Source: Rhodospirillales bacterium
Lineage (GTDB): Bacteria; Pseudomonadota; Alphaproteobacteria; Kiloniellales; JACOMY01
Direction of reading: 5' to 3'
Length of the DNA: 64,000 nt
Assembly: GCA_963669445.1 (NCBI GenBank)
Contig: OY770029.1
Span: forward strand, 5,029,133 to 5,093,132
Within the stretch, counting starts at the first letter, position 1. Every line of letters begins with the position of its first letter. Positions 29,509 through 37,746 of the stretch are shown here, in pieces. The position numbers were made by a program, and so were the translations under genes. A model generated the notes under the pieces. It ran no database searches, was not told where the DNA came from, and was given only the letters and a program-made list of their open reading frames with translations.

Positions 29509-29538
29509 TGAAAGTTATTTTTGTGAAAGATACATTTC
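29509..29538. promoter_or_regulatory. Candidate MarR operator, site 3 (tandem)
   Basis: TGAAAGTTATTTTT (29509-29522) is followed by TGAAAGATACATTT (29524-29537, 13/14 to site 1). It lies in the divergent gap between marR paralog 2 and the deacetylase gene. Confidence 0.45.
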
Positions 29539-29620
29539 TCGAACCGACCAGACAAGCCGCGCGCTCGGCGAATCTGAGCTATTGTCCGAGTGGGACAGAA
29601 CAGGAGACGACCCGGTGCCG

Positions 29621-30448
29621 ATGACTTCCAAGGGCTTTCCGGTCCAGCTGACATTCGACCTCGATGCGGAGACCATGTGGACCAGCCGGGACCCGAAGAA
29701 TGCCCAGCGACCGATCGTGATGTCGCAAGGCGCCTATGGCTGGAAGGTCGGCGTGGGGCGCATTCTCTCTCTGCTCGCACGCTATGGGGTGAAAGCCACG
29801 TTCTTCGTGCCGGGGCTGGTCATACAGCAGCGGCCGGCGGTGATCCAAGCCATCCTCGACGACGGTCACGAGATCGCCCACCACAGTTGGTCGCATGCCT
29901 GGATCGTCGGCCTGACCGAGGCCGAGGAACGCGAAGAGATGGAGAAGGGCTTCGACATCATCAAGCGCGTGACCGGCCGTCCGCCGGCCGGCTATCGCTC
30001 TCCCGCGGCCGAGTTCAGCGCCCACACCATGTCTCTGCTGCTGGAGTATGGGTTTAGCTACTCGTCCAACTTCTTCGATGACGATTCGCCCTACTTGCAT
30101 GAGGTCGAAGGAGTGGAGACGGATCTGGTTGAGTTTCCCTTCCACTGGGTCTTGGACGACGCCCCCTTCTTTCAATACTCGATAACCCTGCCCGGCCGCA
30201 CCATGCAGGCGCCCTCTGCCGTGCTGGAGGCCTGGAAGCTGGAGTTCGATACGCTCTACGCCGAGGATCGGGCCTTTACCTTGGCGCTGCATCCCCAGAT
30301 CATCGGGCGTCCTTCTCGCCTGGCCATCTTGGAAAGCCTCATCCAGCACATTCAGGCCCACGAATCTGTGTGGTTTGGCCGCTGTGATGAGGTGGCTGAT
30401 GCACTGAGACCGCGCCTCAAGCGCACTGGCCTCGAAGCAGCCCAATGA
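29621..30448 (+). CDS. Polysaccharide deacetylase (NodB/CE4) family protein
   Basis: Contains TFDLDAE, FFVPG and EIAHHSWSH (the H-x-x-x-H metal motif). AGGAGA lies 14 nt upstream of the ATG at 29621. Confidence 0.85.
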   Translation: MTSKGFPVQLTFDLDAETMWTSRDPKNAQRPIVMSQGAYGWKVGVGRILSLLARYGVKATFFVPGLVIQQRPAVIQAILDDGHEIAHHSWSHAWIVGLTEAEEREEMEKGFDIIKRVTGRPPAGYRSPAAEFSAHTMSLLLEYGFSYSSNFFDDDSPYLHEVEGVETDLVEFPFHWVLDDAPFFQYSITLPGRTMQAPSAVLEAWKLEFDTLYAEDRAFTLALHPQIIGRPSRLAILESLIQHIQAHESVWFGRCDEVADALRPRLKRTGLEAAQ

Positions 30449-30547
30449 CATCCACGTCCCAGCAAACGTCACCGTAGACAACCAATTGGTTGCCGCATAG
30501 CGTGATTGGAAAGGGCTTCGTCGAACACTGCGAGAAGGACCGAGCAC

Positions 30548-31330
30548 ATGAGAGTGGGACGCATCGAGAGCATCTGGCGCTATCCGGTCAAGGGCATGCG
30601 CGGCGAGGAACTGCCCCACGTCTACGCCGGTTTCTCCGGCCTCATGGGCGATCGCATCTACGGCGTGATCGCAGCGGATGGCGATCCGGCCTTTCCCTGG
30701 CACACCGGGCGCGATCATGAGGAGTTCGTCCTCTACAAAGCGCGCTACCGCTCGGGCGAAGATCTCCTGCTGCCGCAAAATCTGGATGCCTTCGAAGGAT
30801 TGGCACCCGGCATCAGACCGCTGGATCCGGCGGACGAAGCCTTCAAGGTCGAGGTCGAGACGCCGGAGGGCAAGACCTTCGACATCGACAGCGACGCATT
30901 TCTGGAGGACTTGCAGAAGACCAGCGAGCGCTCGCTTCGCGTCCACTTCAGCCATAAGGGTCAGCATGACTGCCGGCCTTTATCTCTCTTTTCGCTCTCG
31001 GCGGCGGCCCAGCTGGGCGAAGAGGTCGGGATGGCGGTCGACAAGCGTCGCTTCCGTGCAAACTTCTACGTCGAGTGGGAGGATCAGTCCGACCCTTATT
31101 TCGAGTTCTCCCTTGTCGGCAAGACGCTCAAGATCGGCGAGCGGCTGGAGGTTGCCGTCATTGAGCGTGACCCGCGCTGTAAGATGATCACGCTCGATCC
31201 GGACACCGCCGAAGAATCGCCCAAGTTGCTGCAGCACGTCAGCCGCAATCACGGCGGCGATGCCGGCGTCTTCGCAGCTGTCCTGCAGGAGGGCCGGGTG
31301 AAGCAGGGAGATTCGATCTTCCTTACATGA
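30548..31330 (+). CDS. MOSC domain-containing protein (with N-terminal beta-barrel)
   Basis: N-terminus RIESIWRYPVKGMRGEE (MOSC_N). The conserved Cys context is DPRCKMITLDP. Confidence 0.85.
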   Translation: MRVGRIESIWRYPVKGMRGEELPHVYAGFSGLMGDRIYGVIAADGDPAFPWHTGRDHEEFVLYKARYRSGEDLLLPQNLDAFEGLAPGIRPLDPADEAFKVEVETPEGKTFDIDSDAFLEDLQKTSERSLRVHFSHKGQHDCRPLSLFSLSAAAQLGEEVGMAVDKRRFRANFYVEWEDQSDPYFEFSLVGKTLKIGERLEVAVIERDPRCKMITLDPDTAEESPKLLQHVSRNHGGDAGVFAAVLQEGRVKQGDSIFLT

Positions 31331-32382
31331 GCGAGAGCGGAGACAAGGGGGACGGCGGGGCGCAGTACCACCGGCTGACCGTGAAGGCCGTGCGCGAGGA
31401 GACCGCCGAGGCGCGCAGCTTTGTGCTGGTGCCGGAGGCCGGCGAGAAGGACCTCTATCGCTATGTGCCGGGCCAGTTCCTGACCTTTCGCGTACCGCAC
31501 GAGACGGGCGAGATCCTGCGCAGCTATTCGCTCTCTTCGGCACCCTGCAGCGACCCCGACCTCTACGTCTGCGTGAAGCGTGTTGCCGAAGGCCGTGGTT
31601 CGAACTGGTTCAACGATCGTCTGACGCCCGGTGCCCGCATCATGGCGAGCCGTCCGGCCGGGCGCTTCGTGCTGCGCGACAGTCCAGCACCGCTGTTGCT
31701 GATCGCCGGCGGCAGCGGCATCACACCCTGCATATCGCTGGTCAAGCAGGCGCTCTTCGAGACCGAGCGTCGGGTGAAGCTGGTCTATGCAAACCGCGAC
31801 GAGGCCTCGATCATCTATCGCGACGCTCTGGATCTCTTGGAGCGCCGCTTTCCCGAGCGCTTTACCTGCCAGCACTGGCTGGATCAGGCGCTCGGCTTCA
31901 TGACGCCGATCGATGTCACCGGGATCGCCAAGGGCTGGGAGCAGGCCGAGAGCTACATCTGCGGACCGGATCCGCTGATGACCATGGCCGAGGAGACACT
32001 TGTAGGTCTGTTCGGGCCGGAGGCGGTGATCCTGACCGAGCGCTTCGTCTCACCGGACGATCCGGCAACCGAGGAGGCCCAGCCGCCACAAAACGGCCTG
32101 GCCGTTGGCTCCTTTCGGGTAACGCTCGACGGCAAAGACCACGACCTTGAGGTCGCGGCCGGCCAGACCCTGCTGGAAGCAGCTCTCGCCGCCGGCGTCG
32201 ACGTCCCCAGCTCCTGCACCGAAGGTCATTGCAGCACCTGCATGAGCCAGTTGAAGAGCGGCGAGGTGGCCATGGGATCCACCCGCGCGCTCTCGAAGCG
32301 AAACCTCGCACGCGGCTATGTGCTTGCCTGCCAGGCCCGACCCACCAGCGCCGAGCCGATCTGGTTGGATTTCGATCTCTAG
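31327..32382 (+). CDS. FNR-type flavin reductase fused to a C-terminal 2Fe-2S ferredoxin domain (PaaE-like)
   Basis: RSYSLSS (FAD), GGSGITP (NAD(P)H) and CTEGHCSTCMSQL ... ACQA (plant-type 2Fe-2S). ATGA overlap with the MOSC gene. Confidence 0.85.
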   Translation: MSESGDKGDGGAQYHRLTVKAVREETAEARSFVLVPEAGEKDLYRYVPGQFLTFRVPHETGEILRSYSLSSAPCSDPDLYVCVKRVAEGRGSNWFNDRLTPGARIMASRPAGRFVLRDSPAPLLLIAGGSGITPCISLVKQALFETERRVKLVYANRDEASIIYRDALDLLERRFPERFTCQHWLDQALGFMTPIDVTGIAKGWEQAESYICGPDPLMTMAEETLVGLFGPEAVILTERFVSPDDPATEEAQPPQNGLAVGSFRVTLDGKDHDLEVAAGQTLLEAALAAGVDVPSSCTEGHCSTCMSQLKSGEVAMGSTRALSKRNLARGYVLACQARPTSAEPIWLDFDL

Positions 32383-33920
32383 AGAAACAGGAAGTCGCTC
32401 GCCGTGAGCTGATCGGCTCTGCTGAGGCCGTTCATGTCGAAGGCGATGTCGGCGATACCATCGCCATCGCGATCGACCTCGACCAGACGCGCGCCGGCAA
32501 AGCGAGCCTCGCTGTTACCCGACCTGCTGAAACCTTGGTCACCGATAAAGGCAAAGGTGCCAGCCTCGACGCCGGTTACGAACACCAGCTTGTCTTCACC
32601 GCTTCCAGCGCCCAGGTGCGCGCCCTCAAAGTCTCCAATCACCAGCCCGCCACTGCCGGCCTCGCCCAGATCTTCGCCGCTAAAGCGGAACGCGTCGGCG
32701 CCGGCACCGCCGAAGGCGACATCACCACTGCCAAGGGCCAAGGTATCGTCGCCCGCCTCCCCTTCCAGCCGATCGGCACCCTTGGCGCCGAAGAGCCGGT
32801 CGTCGCCCGAACCGCCGCTCAAGCGGTCGTCACCGGCAAAGCCGCGCAGGTCATTGTCGCCCTCGTTACCCTGCAGACTGTTGTCCAAGCCGTTGCCGCC
32901 GCCGTCGATGTTGCCGAAGCCACCTTGCAGGCGCAGATTCTCGACGAAATCTCTTGCGCCACCGTCGGGCAAGGTATAGCTGGCTTCGGCCCGGACCAGG
33001 TCCGTGCCCTCGCCGGCCCGCTCCTCAACCGCATCGGTCGCGGTATCCACGACGAAGGTGTCGTCGCCCGAGCGTCCGAACATGCCGTCTTCCCCGCCCC
33101 GCCCGTTCATGATGTCGTCCCCGTCCAGTCCCAGGATGCGGTTGTTGGCCTCGTTGCCGAGGATCGTGTTGTCCGAGTTGTTGCCGATGAGGAGGGCATT
33201 GCCAGCGGCCTCGTTGGCGATCAGGACTTCGACCTTGCCGAGGAATTCGTCGTCGTTAATCTGGAAAAAGCTGGTGTTGATCCGGGCAACGTCCCGATCC
33301 CCCTGGTCCAGGAACTCACTCAGAACGTCATCAGCATCATCGACGATGAAGGTGTCGTTCCCCTCACCACCCGATAAGAAATCGACACCGCTTCCGCCGT
33401 TGAGGACATCGTTGCCTTCTCCACCGATAATGACATCCTCGCCCGATCCGCCAACGATGCGGTCCCTTCCATCGCCACCCTCTAATCGGTCATTGTCCCC
33501 ACCACCAAAGAGCCGATCGCTGCCGACCCCACCGCTGAGGAAATCAACAGCCGATCCGCCGCGCAACTGGTCGGCACCGGCATCGCCGTAGAGAAAGTCG
33601 ACGCCCGACCCACCGAACAGCCTGTCGTCCTGCTCGCCGCCAAAGGCGCTGTCATCTTCGAGGTCACCATAGAGCTGGTCGCTTCCAGATCCGCCATAGA
33701 GCTGATCGTTGCCCCGACCGCCATAGGTGCTGTCGCTTCCGGAGCCACCATAAAGACTGTCGTCTCCGCCTTTACCGAAGATAAGTGCATCGACATCATC
33801 GCCGAAGATCCGGTCAGCCGCATCCGACCCGAAAATCGTGGAGGTCGCTAGCGCGACCAACTCCAAAGCAGTTTCACCACCTGAAAGATCCGCTTCACTA
33901 GCTGCCAAATCTCTAGACAT
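32379..33920 (-). CDS. RTX (hemolysin-type calcium-binding repeat) protein, putative T1SS substrate
   Basis: Dozens of GGxGxD nonapeptides (GGSGSDQLYG, GGSGEDVIIGGEGNDVLNGG and others). C-terminus DGDGIADIAFDMNGLSRADQLTASDFLFL. ATG at 33920 preceded by GGAGGG. Confidence 0.85.
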   Translation of the reverse strand: MSRDLAASEADLSGGETALELVALATSTIFGSDAADRIFGDDVDALIFGKGGDDSLYGGSGSDSTYGGRGNDQLYGGSGSDQLYGDLEDDSAFGGEQDDRLFGGSGVDFLYGDAGADQLRGGSAVDFLSGGVGSDRLFGGGDNDRLEGGDGRDRIVGGSGEDVIIGGEGNDVLNGGSGVDFLSGGEGNDTFIVDDADDVLSEFLDQGDRDVARINTSFFQINDDEFLGKVEVLIANEAAGNALLIGNNSDNTILGNEANNRILGLDGDDIMNGRGGEDGMFGRSGDDTFVVDTATDAVEERAGEGTDLVRAEASYTLPDGGARDFVENLRLQGGFGNIDGGGNGLDNSLQGNEGDNDLRGFAGDDRLSGGSGDDRLFGAKGADRLEGEAGDDTLALGSGDVAFGGAGADAFRFSGEDLGEAGSGGLVIGDFEGAHLGAGSGEDKLVFVTGVEAGTFAFIGDQGFSRSGNSEARFAGARLVEVDRDGDGIADIAFDMNGLSRADQLTASDFLFL

Positions 33921-34100
33921 GTCGTCCCTCCGTCTCGTGTCTTGCCGGTTGGACAAGCGCAGCGGAGTTCAACCAAAGAACATCCTCGAACCCTGCGCTT
34001 GCTGCTGCGGAGGGAGATGGCGCGACAGACCTGGTCGCGTTAGAAGAGGAACGGACACGACCGGTGACAAACGGACAAAGCGTAGTGGGCAAGACCGGCA

Positions 34101-35150
34101 ATGGATAAACCGCAGAAAGCAATCCAGACCGTCGTGCTTGGCTCTGCGATGGCTGGAACCTCCACGACCTTCGCGATCTTGGACGTCCTCGCCTCGGTGG
34201 GGCGCGATTGGGAGATGCTGCACGGCGAGACCCGGCAACAGCCGCTCTTCGCAGCCTCCTACCTGTCGCTCGACGGTCGCGCTTATCTGGACGCCAATGG
34301 ACGGACGATCACGCCTGAGGGCACACTGGCCGCTTGTCCGCAACCCGACCTCATCATCGTTCCGGACCTCCATCTCGATCCGACCGCTGCCTGGCCGGAG
34401 GAATTCGAACCCTTGGCCGATTGGATCGGCGAAGCCCATCGGGGCGGCGCGCTGGTAACCTCCGTCTGCTCCGGATCGCTGCTGCTGGCGGCAGCCGGGC
34501 TTTTGGACGGCATCGAGGCGACGACGCATTGGGGCTATGCCGACCTGCTGACACGGCGCTATCCCCAGGTGCAGCTCAGAAGCGAGCGGATTCTGGTGCC
34601 GGCAGGCGACGGGCATAGGCTGATTACGGCAGGCGGTTCATCGGCCTGGGCAGATCTGATGCTGTACCTCATCGGTCGGCTCGCCGGCGCAGAAGAGGCG
34701 CTCCGGATCGCCAAGATCTATCTGCTTGAGCCTCATACCGAGAGCCAACTCTGCTATGCCTCGCTCACTGCCGGTCGCCAGCATGACGACAAGGTGATCG
34801 CAGACTCCCAGGTTTGGGTGGCAGATCACTACGACCTGCCCAATCCTGTCAGCCAGATGGCAAGCCGCAGCAAGCTGACGGAACGCAGCTTCCTGCGCCG
34901 CTTCCGCCGAGCGACCGGCCAGTCACCGGCCGCCTATGTTCAGACGCTCCGTGTCGAAGAAGCCAAGCAGATGCTTGAGACGACGGATATGCCTATCGAT
35001 CGGATTGCCCTAGAGGTCGGCTACACCGAACCCTCCAGCTTCCGGGCAGCCTTCCGAAAACATGTCGGCATTTCAGCATCGGCATATCGCAGAAAATGGT
35101 GTGGCCTTCTGCTGCGCGAACCTCCCTCTGAGGCCAAGCGAGCTGGTTAG
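34101..35150 (+). CDS. GlxA family (DJ-1/PfpI + AraC HTH) transcriptional regulator
   Basis: DJ-1-like N-domain with VTSVCSGSLLLAAAGLL. AraC C-terminus IALEVGYTEPSSFRAAFRKHVGISASAYR. Confidence 0.85.
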   Translation: MDKPQKAIQTVVLGSAMAGTSTTFAILDVLASVGRDWEMLHGETRQQPLFAASYLSLDGRAYLDANGRTITPEGTLAACPQPDLIIVPDLHLDPTAAWPEEFEPLADWIGEAHRGGALVTSVCSGSLLLAAAGLLDGIEATTHWGYADLLTRRYPQVQLRSERILVPAGDGHRLITAGGSSAWADLMLYLIGRLAGAEEALRIAKIYLLEPHTESQLCYASLTAGRQHDDKVIADSQVWVADHYDLPNPVSQMASRSKLTERSFLRRFRRATGQSPAAYVQTLRVEEAKQMLETTDMPIDRIALEVGYTEPSSFRAAFRKHVGISASAYRRKWCGLLLREPPSEAKRAG

Positions 35151-35205
35151 TCGGCCTGATCCAAGATCGCAACCGGGCGGGCCGTCCCCGAAATTGGCGC
35201 ATTGC

Positions 35206-36306
35206 TCAGTCCAGGAGTTCCGATAAGCGGGTCAGCACGACATCGATTTCGTCGTCGGTCAGCTGCACCAGTTCGAATGTCAGCACGCCGACGGCAGCGT
35301 CCTGGTCCATAACCCAGATCGAGGGCTCGCCGGCCTTCAAGGCACGGGCCAAGCCTTCCGCATCGATTGAGGCACCACTACCAAGCTGTAGAGCAGCGCG
35401 CGAGAAGGGCAGGCCAGTTGGATCGGCGACGGCGCGGGCGACGACACCCCGCAGCCACCCCGCCCGCTTCAGGAAAATCGTAACCTTGCGCTCTTGTCCC
35501 ACAGACCAGGCAGCAGCGTTTTTTGCCTGCCGTTCAGCCACGGCGGCAAGGACGCCGGCGATGGCTTCCTTGCTGGCCTTCATACCGCGCCCGATGCCCT
35601 TCTCCTGCCCGCGCACCGCTGCTACCAGAGCACTGCGCCCAATCACCAGGCCGGCGGTCGGTGCGGCCAGATACTTCTGAGCGCTAACCAGCACGGCGTC
35701 CGCACCGCTGGCCAGAAGGACGCCGACCCGCCAGTCCTGAGCGGCACCGTCGATGATCGCCGGCACCCCTTGGGCGTGAGCAGCCACTACCGCTGCACCA
35801 AGATCCACCGATCCCCGCGCCAAGCGCGATGAGACCAGGAGGAGACAAGCCACCTCTTCCTCCGCCAGAGCAGCCTCGATATCGGCGAGAGAACAGTCCT
35901 CCTCCGATCCTGCATAGACCGGCGTTGCCCCTGACAAGCGAATCGCCTGTTCGATGGAGTGCCCGTAGTGCACCAGATGACAGCGCGGTAGGATCACCTT
36001 GTTGCGCATGCCTTTCGTGTCCGGCAGTGCGGCAATCTTTGCCGCAGACTGTCCCGCCATCACCGCCGCGATGGAGACCGTGATTGCAGCTGCCGTACAG
36101 TGAAGCAAGGCCGCCGCGTCCGCGCCCGCCCAGTCCGCAAGCCGCCTGCCGGCAAGGTCGTGAAGCTCGTCGATCACATAAAAGTCCGACAGCGCTTCGC
36201 CGACCGCCCGAGCGACAGCCGGCGACGACCTCGACACGCCGAGCGGTGTGAAGGTTCCGCGTGCATTGATGATGGTGCGAAGCCCGTAGGCCTCTCGAAA
36301 GGTCAT
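35206..36306 (-). CDS. SelA-like / DgaE-like PLP-dependent enzyme (possible aminosugar-acid phosphate ammonia-lyase)
   Basis: Contains YGLRTIINARGTFTPLGVS, IDGAAQ and SAQKYLAAPTAGLVIG (Lys in the SelA/DgaE-like position). The family assignment is from memory of the Salmonella DgaE pattern. Confidence 0.7.
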   Translation of the reverse strand: MTFREAYGLRTIINARGTFTPLGVSRSSPAVARAVGEALSDFYVIDELHDLAGRRLADWAGADAAALLHCTAAAITVSIAAVMAGQSAAKIAALPDTKGMRNKVILPRCHLVHYGHSIEQAIRLSGATPVYAGSEEDCSLADIEAALAEEEVACLLLVSSRLARGSVDLGAAVVAAHAQGVPAIIDGAAQDWRVGVLLASGADAVLVSAQKYLAAPTAGLVIGRSALVAAVRGQEKGIGRGMKASKEAIAGVLAAVAERQAKNAAAWSVGQERKVTIFLKRAGWLRGVVARAVADPTGLPFSRAALQLGSGASIDAEGLARALKAGEPSIWVMDQDAAVGVLTFELVQLTDDEIDVVLTRLSELLD

Positions 36307-36460
36307 GCTATCGCCTTCCAAGAACAGAGGTCAGGGCGGGCTTGTGCGCCACCTCTTGGACTTTACACGCATGCCCCCATTTTGGAACAAGCAGGCCTGC
36401 TCTTGTCCGACGCGGCACCGGCGCCGTACAGTCTTCAAAGAGACCCTTCGAGAACGCAGG

Positions 36461-37429
36461 TTACTCAGCTGCCTTCAAGTCGAGCGGACAACGCAAAGGC
36501 TCCCCGCGCAAGAAACGATCGGCCTCTTCGGCCGCAAGGCGCTGCAGATTATCCAGGGATCTGTTCGAGTAGAAGGCTGCATGCGGGCTGAGCAGAAGGT
36601 TGGATGTCGAACGCAAGGCAGCTGCGCCAGAGGGCGGCTCCTCTTCGAAGACATCGAGTGCCGCACCGGCCAGCTTCCCGGACCGGAGCGCGGCCACCAG
36701 CGCACTCTCAAGGACCAGGCCACCGCGCGAGGTATTGACGATAATCGCCCCTTCCGGAAGCCGGTCAATGGCAGCGGCATTGATGATGTGGCGCGTCTCG
36801 GCCGTCAGGGGCGCATGCAGGCTCAGGGCATTCGAACGCTCGAGCAGGCTATCGAAATCCACAAGAGTGACATTCAGCGCGTCGGCGCGTCCGCGCTCGG
36901 CAAAAGGGTCGCTGGCGATCATCTCACACCCGAAGACGGCCATGCGCTTGGCCAGTTCCTGCGCGATACGCCCGAACCCCAGAAAACCCAGAACCATCTC
37001 CGAGAGATCGGGCAATGAGGGGACCATGCTCGTAGCACCCCATCGCCCTTCGCCTACCCCCTCATTGAAAGCCGGCAGGCGCCGGGCGAGAGCGAGCAGA
37101 AAGGCAGCAGCATGATCGGCAACGGCCGTCGCGCCATAGTCGGGAACATTGCAGACGGTAGCGCCACAGCGGCTGGCCGCTCGCAGGTCGACGTTGTCCA
37201 CTCCCACACCATAGCGAACGACCAGCGCCCTCGGCGCCATTCGGGACAAGGCCGTCTCGTCGAGCGGCACCAGGTTGTTGAAGACGATCGTTGCTCCGAC
37301 CACGGCATCGGCGGCATCTGAGGCGCTCGCGCACTGAAACTCTTCGAGCTCCAAACCGTGGCGTTCAGCCATGGCCCGCTCATGCACCAATCCGCCAAAG
37401 CTATGATCGGTGACGACAATTCTCACCAT
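36461..37429 (-). CDS. D-isomer-specific 2-hydroxyacid dehydrogenase family protein
   Basis: Start at MVRIVVTDH. Contains LGFLGFGRIAQELA (NAD motif), IVNTSRGGLV and LSPHAAFYS. Confidence 0.85.
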   Translation of the reverse strand: MVRIVVTDHSFGGLVHERAMAERHGLELEEFQCASASDAADAVVGATIVFNNLVPLDETALSRMAPRALVVRYGVGVDNVDLRAASRCGATVCNVPDYGATAVADHAAAFLLALARRLPAFNEGVGEGRWGATSMVPSLPDLSEMVLGFLGFGRIAQELAKRMAVFGCEMIASDPFAERGRADALNVTLVDFDSLLERSNALSLHAPLTAETRHIINAAAIDRLPEGAIIVNTSRGGLVLESALVAALRSGKLAGAALDVFEEEPPSGAAALRSTSNLLLSPHAAFYSNRSLDNLQRLAAEEADRFLRGEPLRCPLDLKAAE

Positions 37430-37686
37430 CGGTCTTCGCGCTCCATTCACTGCGCAATACAGTCTTCCGTCGACCCTGCCAGGCTGTCGCAAGGTCTGCT
37501 TCCCGTGGCGCCGCAGCCGCGCTCAATGCGCTTCATAGTAATGCTACGTATCATCACAGATTTAAACCGTCAATCTGGAGATTATCCAATCTAGGGCGCA
37601 TTTCAGATCCGATACCCCAACAGGATCTCATAAATATCTCATCTTTATCAATAGATTACTGCAACACATTGCATTCGTGACGAACC

Positions 37687-37716
37687 TTGACAGGGCGTAG
37701 TGTTACTAGATAGTTT
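37687..37716 (+). promoter_or_regulatory. Candidate sigma-70 promoter for the sugar ABC operon
   Basis: TTGACA (37687-37692), an 18-nt spacer, then TAGTTT (37711-37716). It lies about 30 nt upstream of the GGGAGGA-ATG of the SBP gene, within an AT-rich gap. Confidence 0.3.
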
Positions 37717-37746
37717 GTTCTGAACGCTAACAACGGGAGGATCAAA

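Noticed and set aside
29579-30967. 462-aa minus-strand ORF
   Set aside because: It lies antisense to the well-supported deacetylase and MOSC genes. Its composition is Arg/Ala/Gly-rich with no recognisable motifs, which is typical of a high-GC shadow ORF.
32229-33591. Plus-strand ORFs (382, 181 and 195 aa) and the 27-nt periodicity, considered as possible tandem repeats or a CRISPR-like array
   Set aside because: The periodicity is the coding repeat of the RTX nonapeptides on the minus strand. The copies are degenerate, with no spacer/repeat architecture. The plus-strand ORFs are mirror artefacts.
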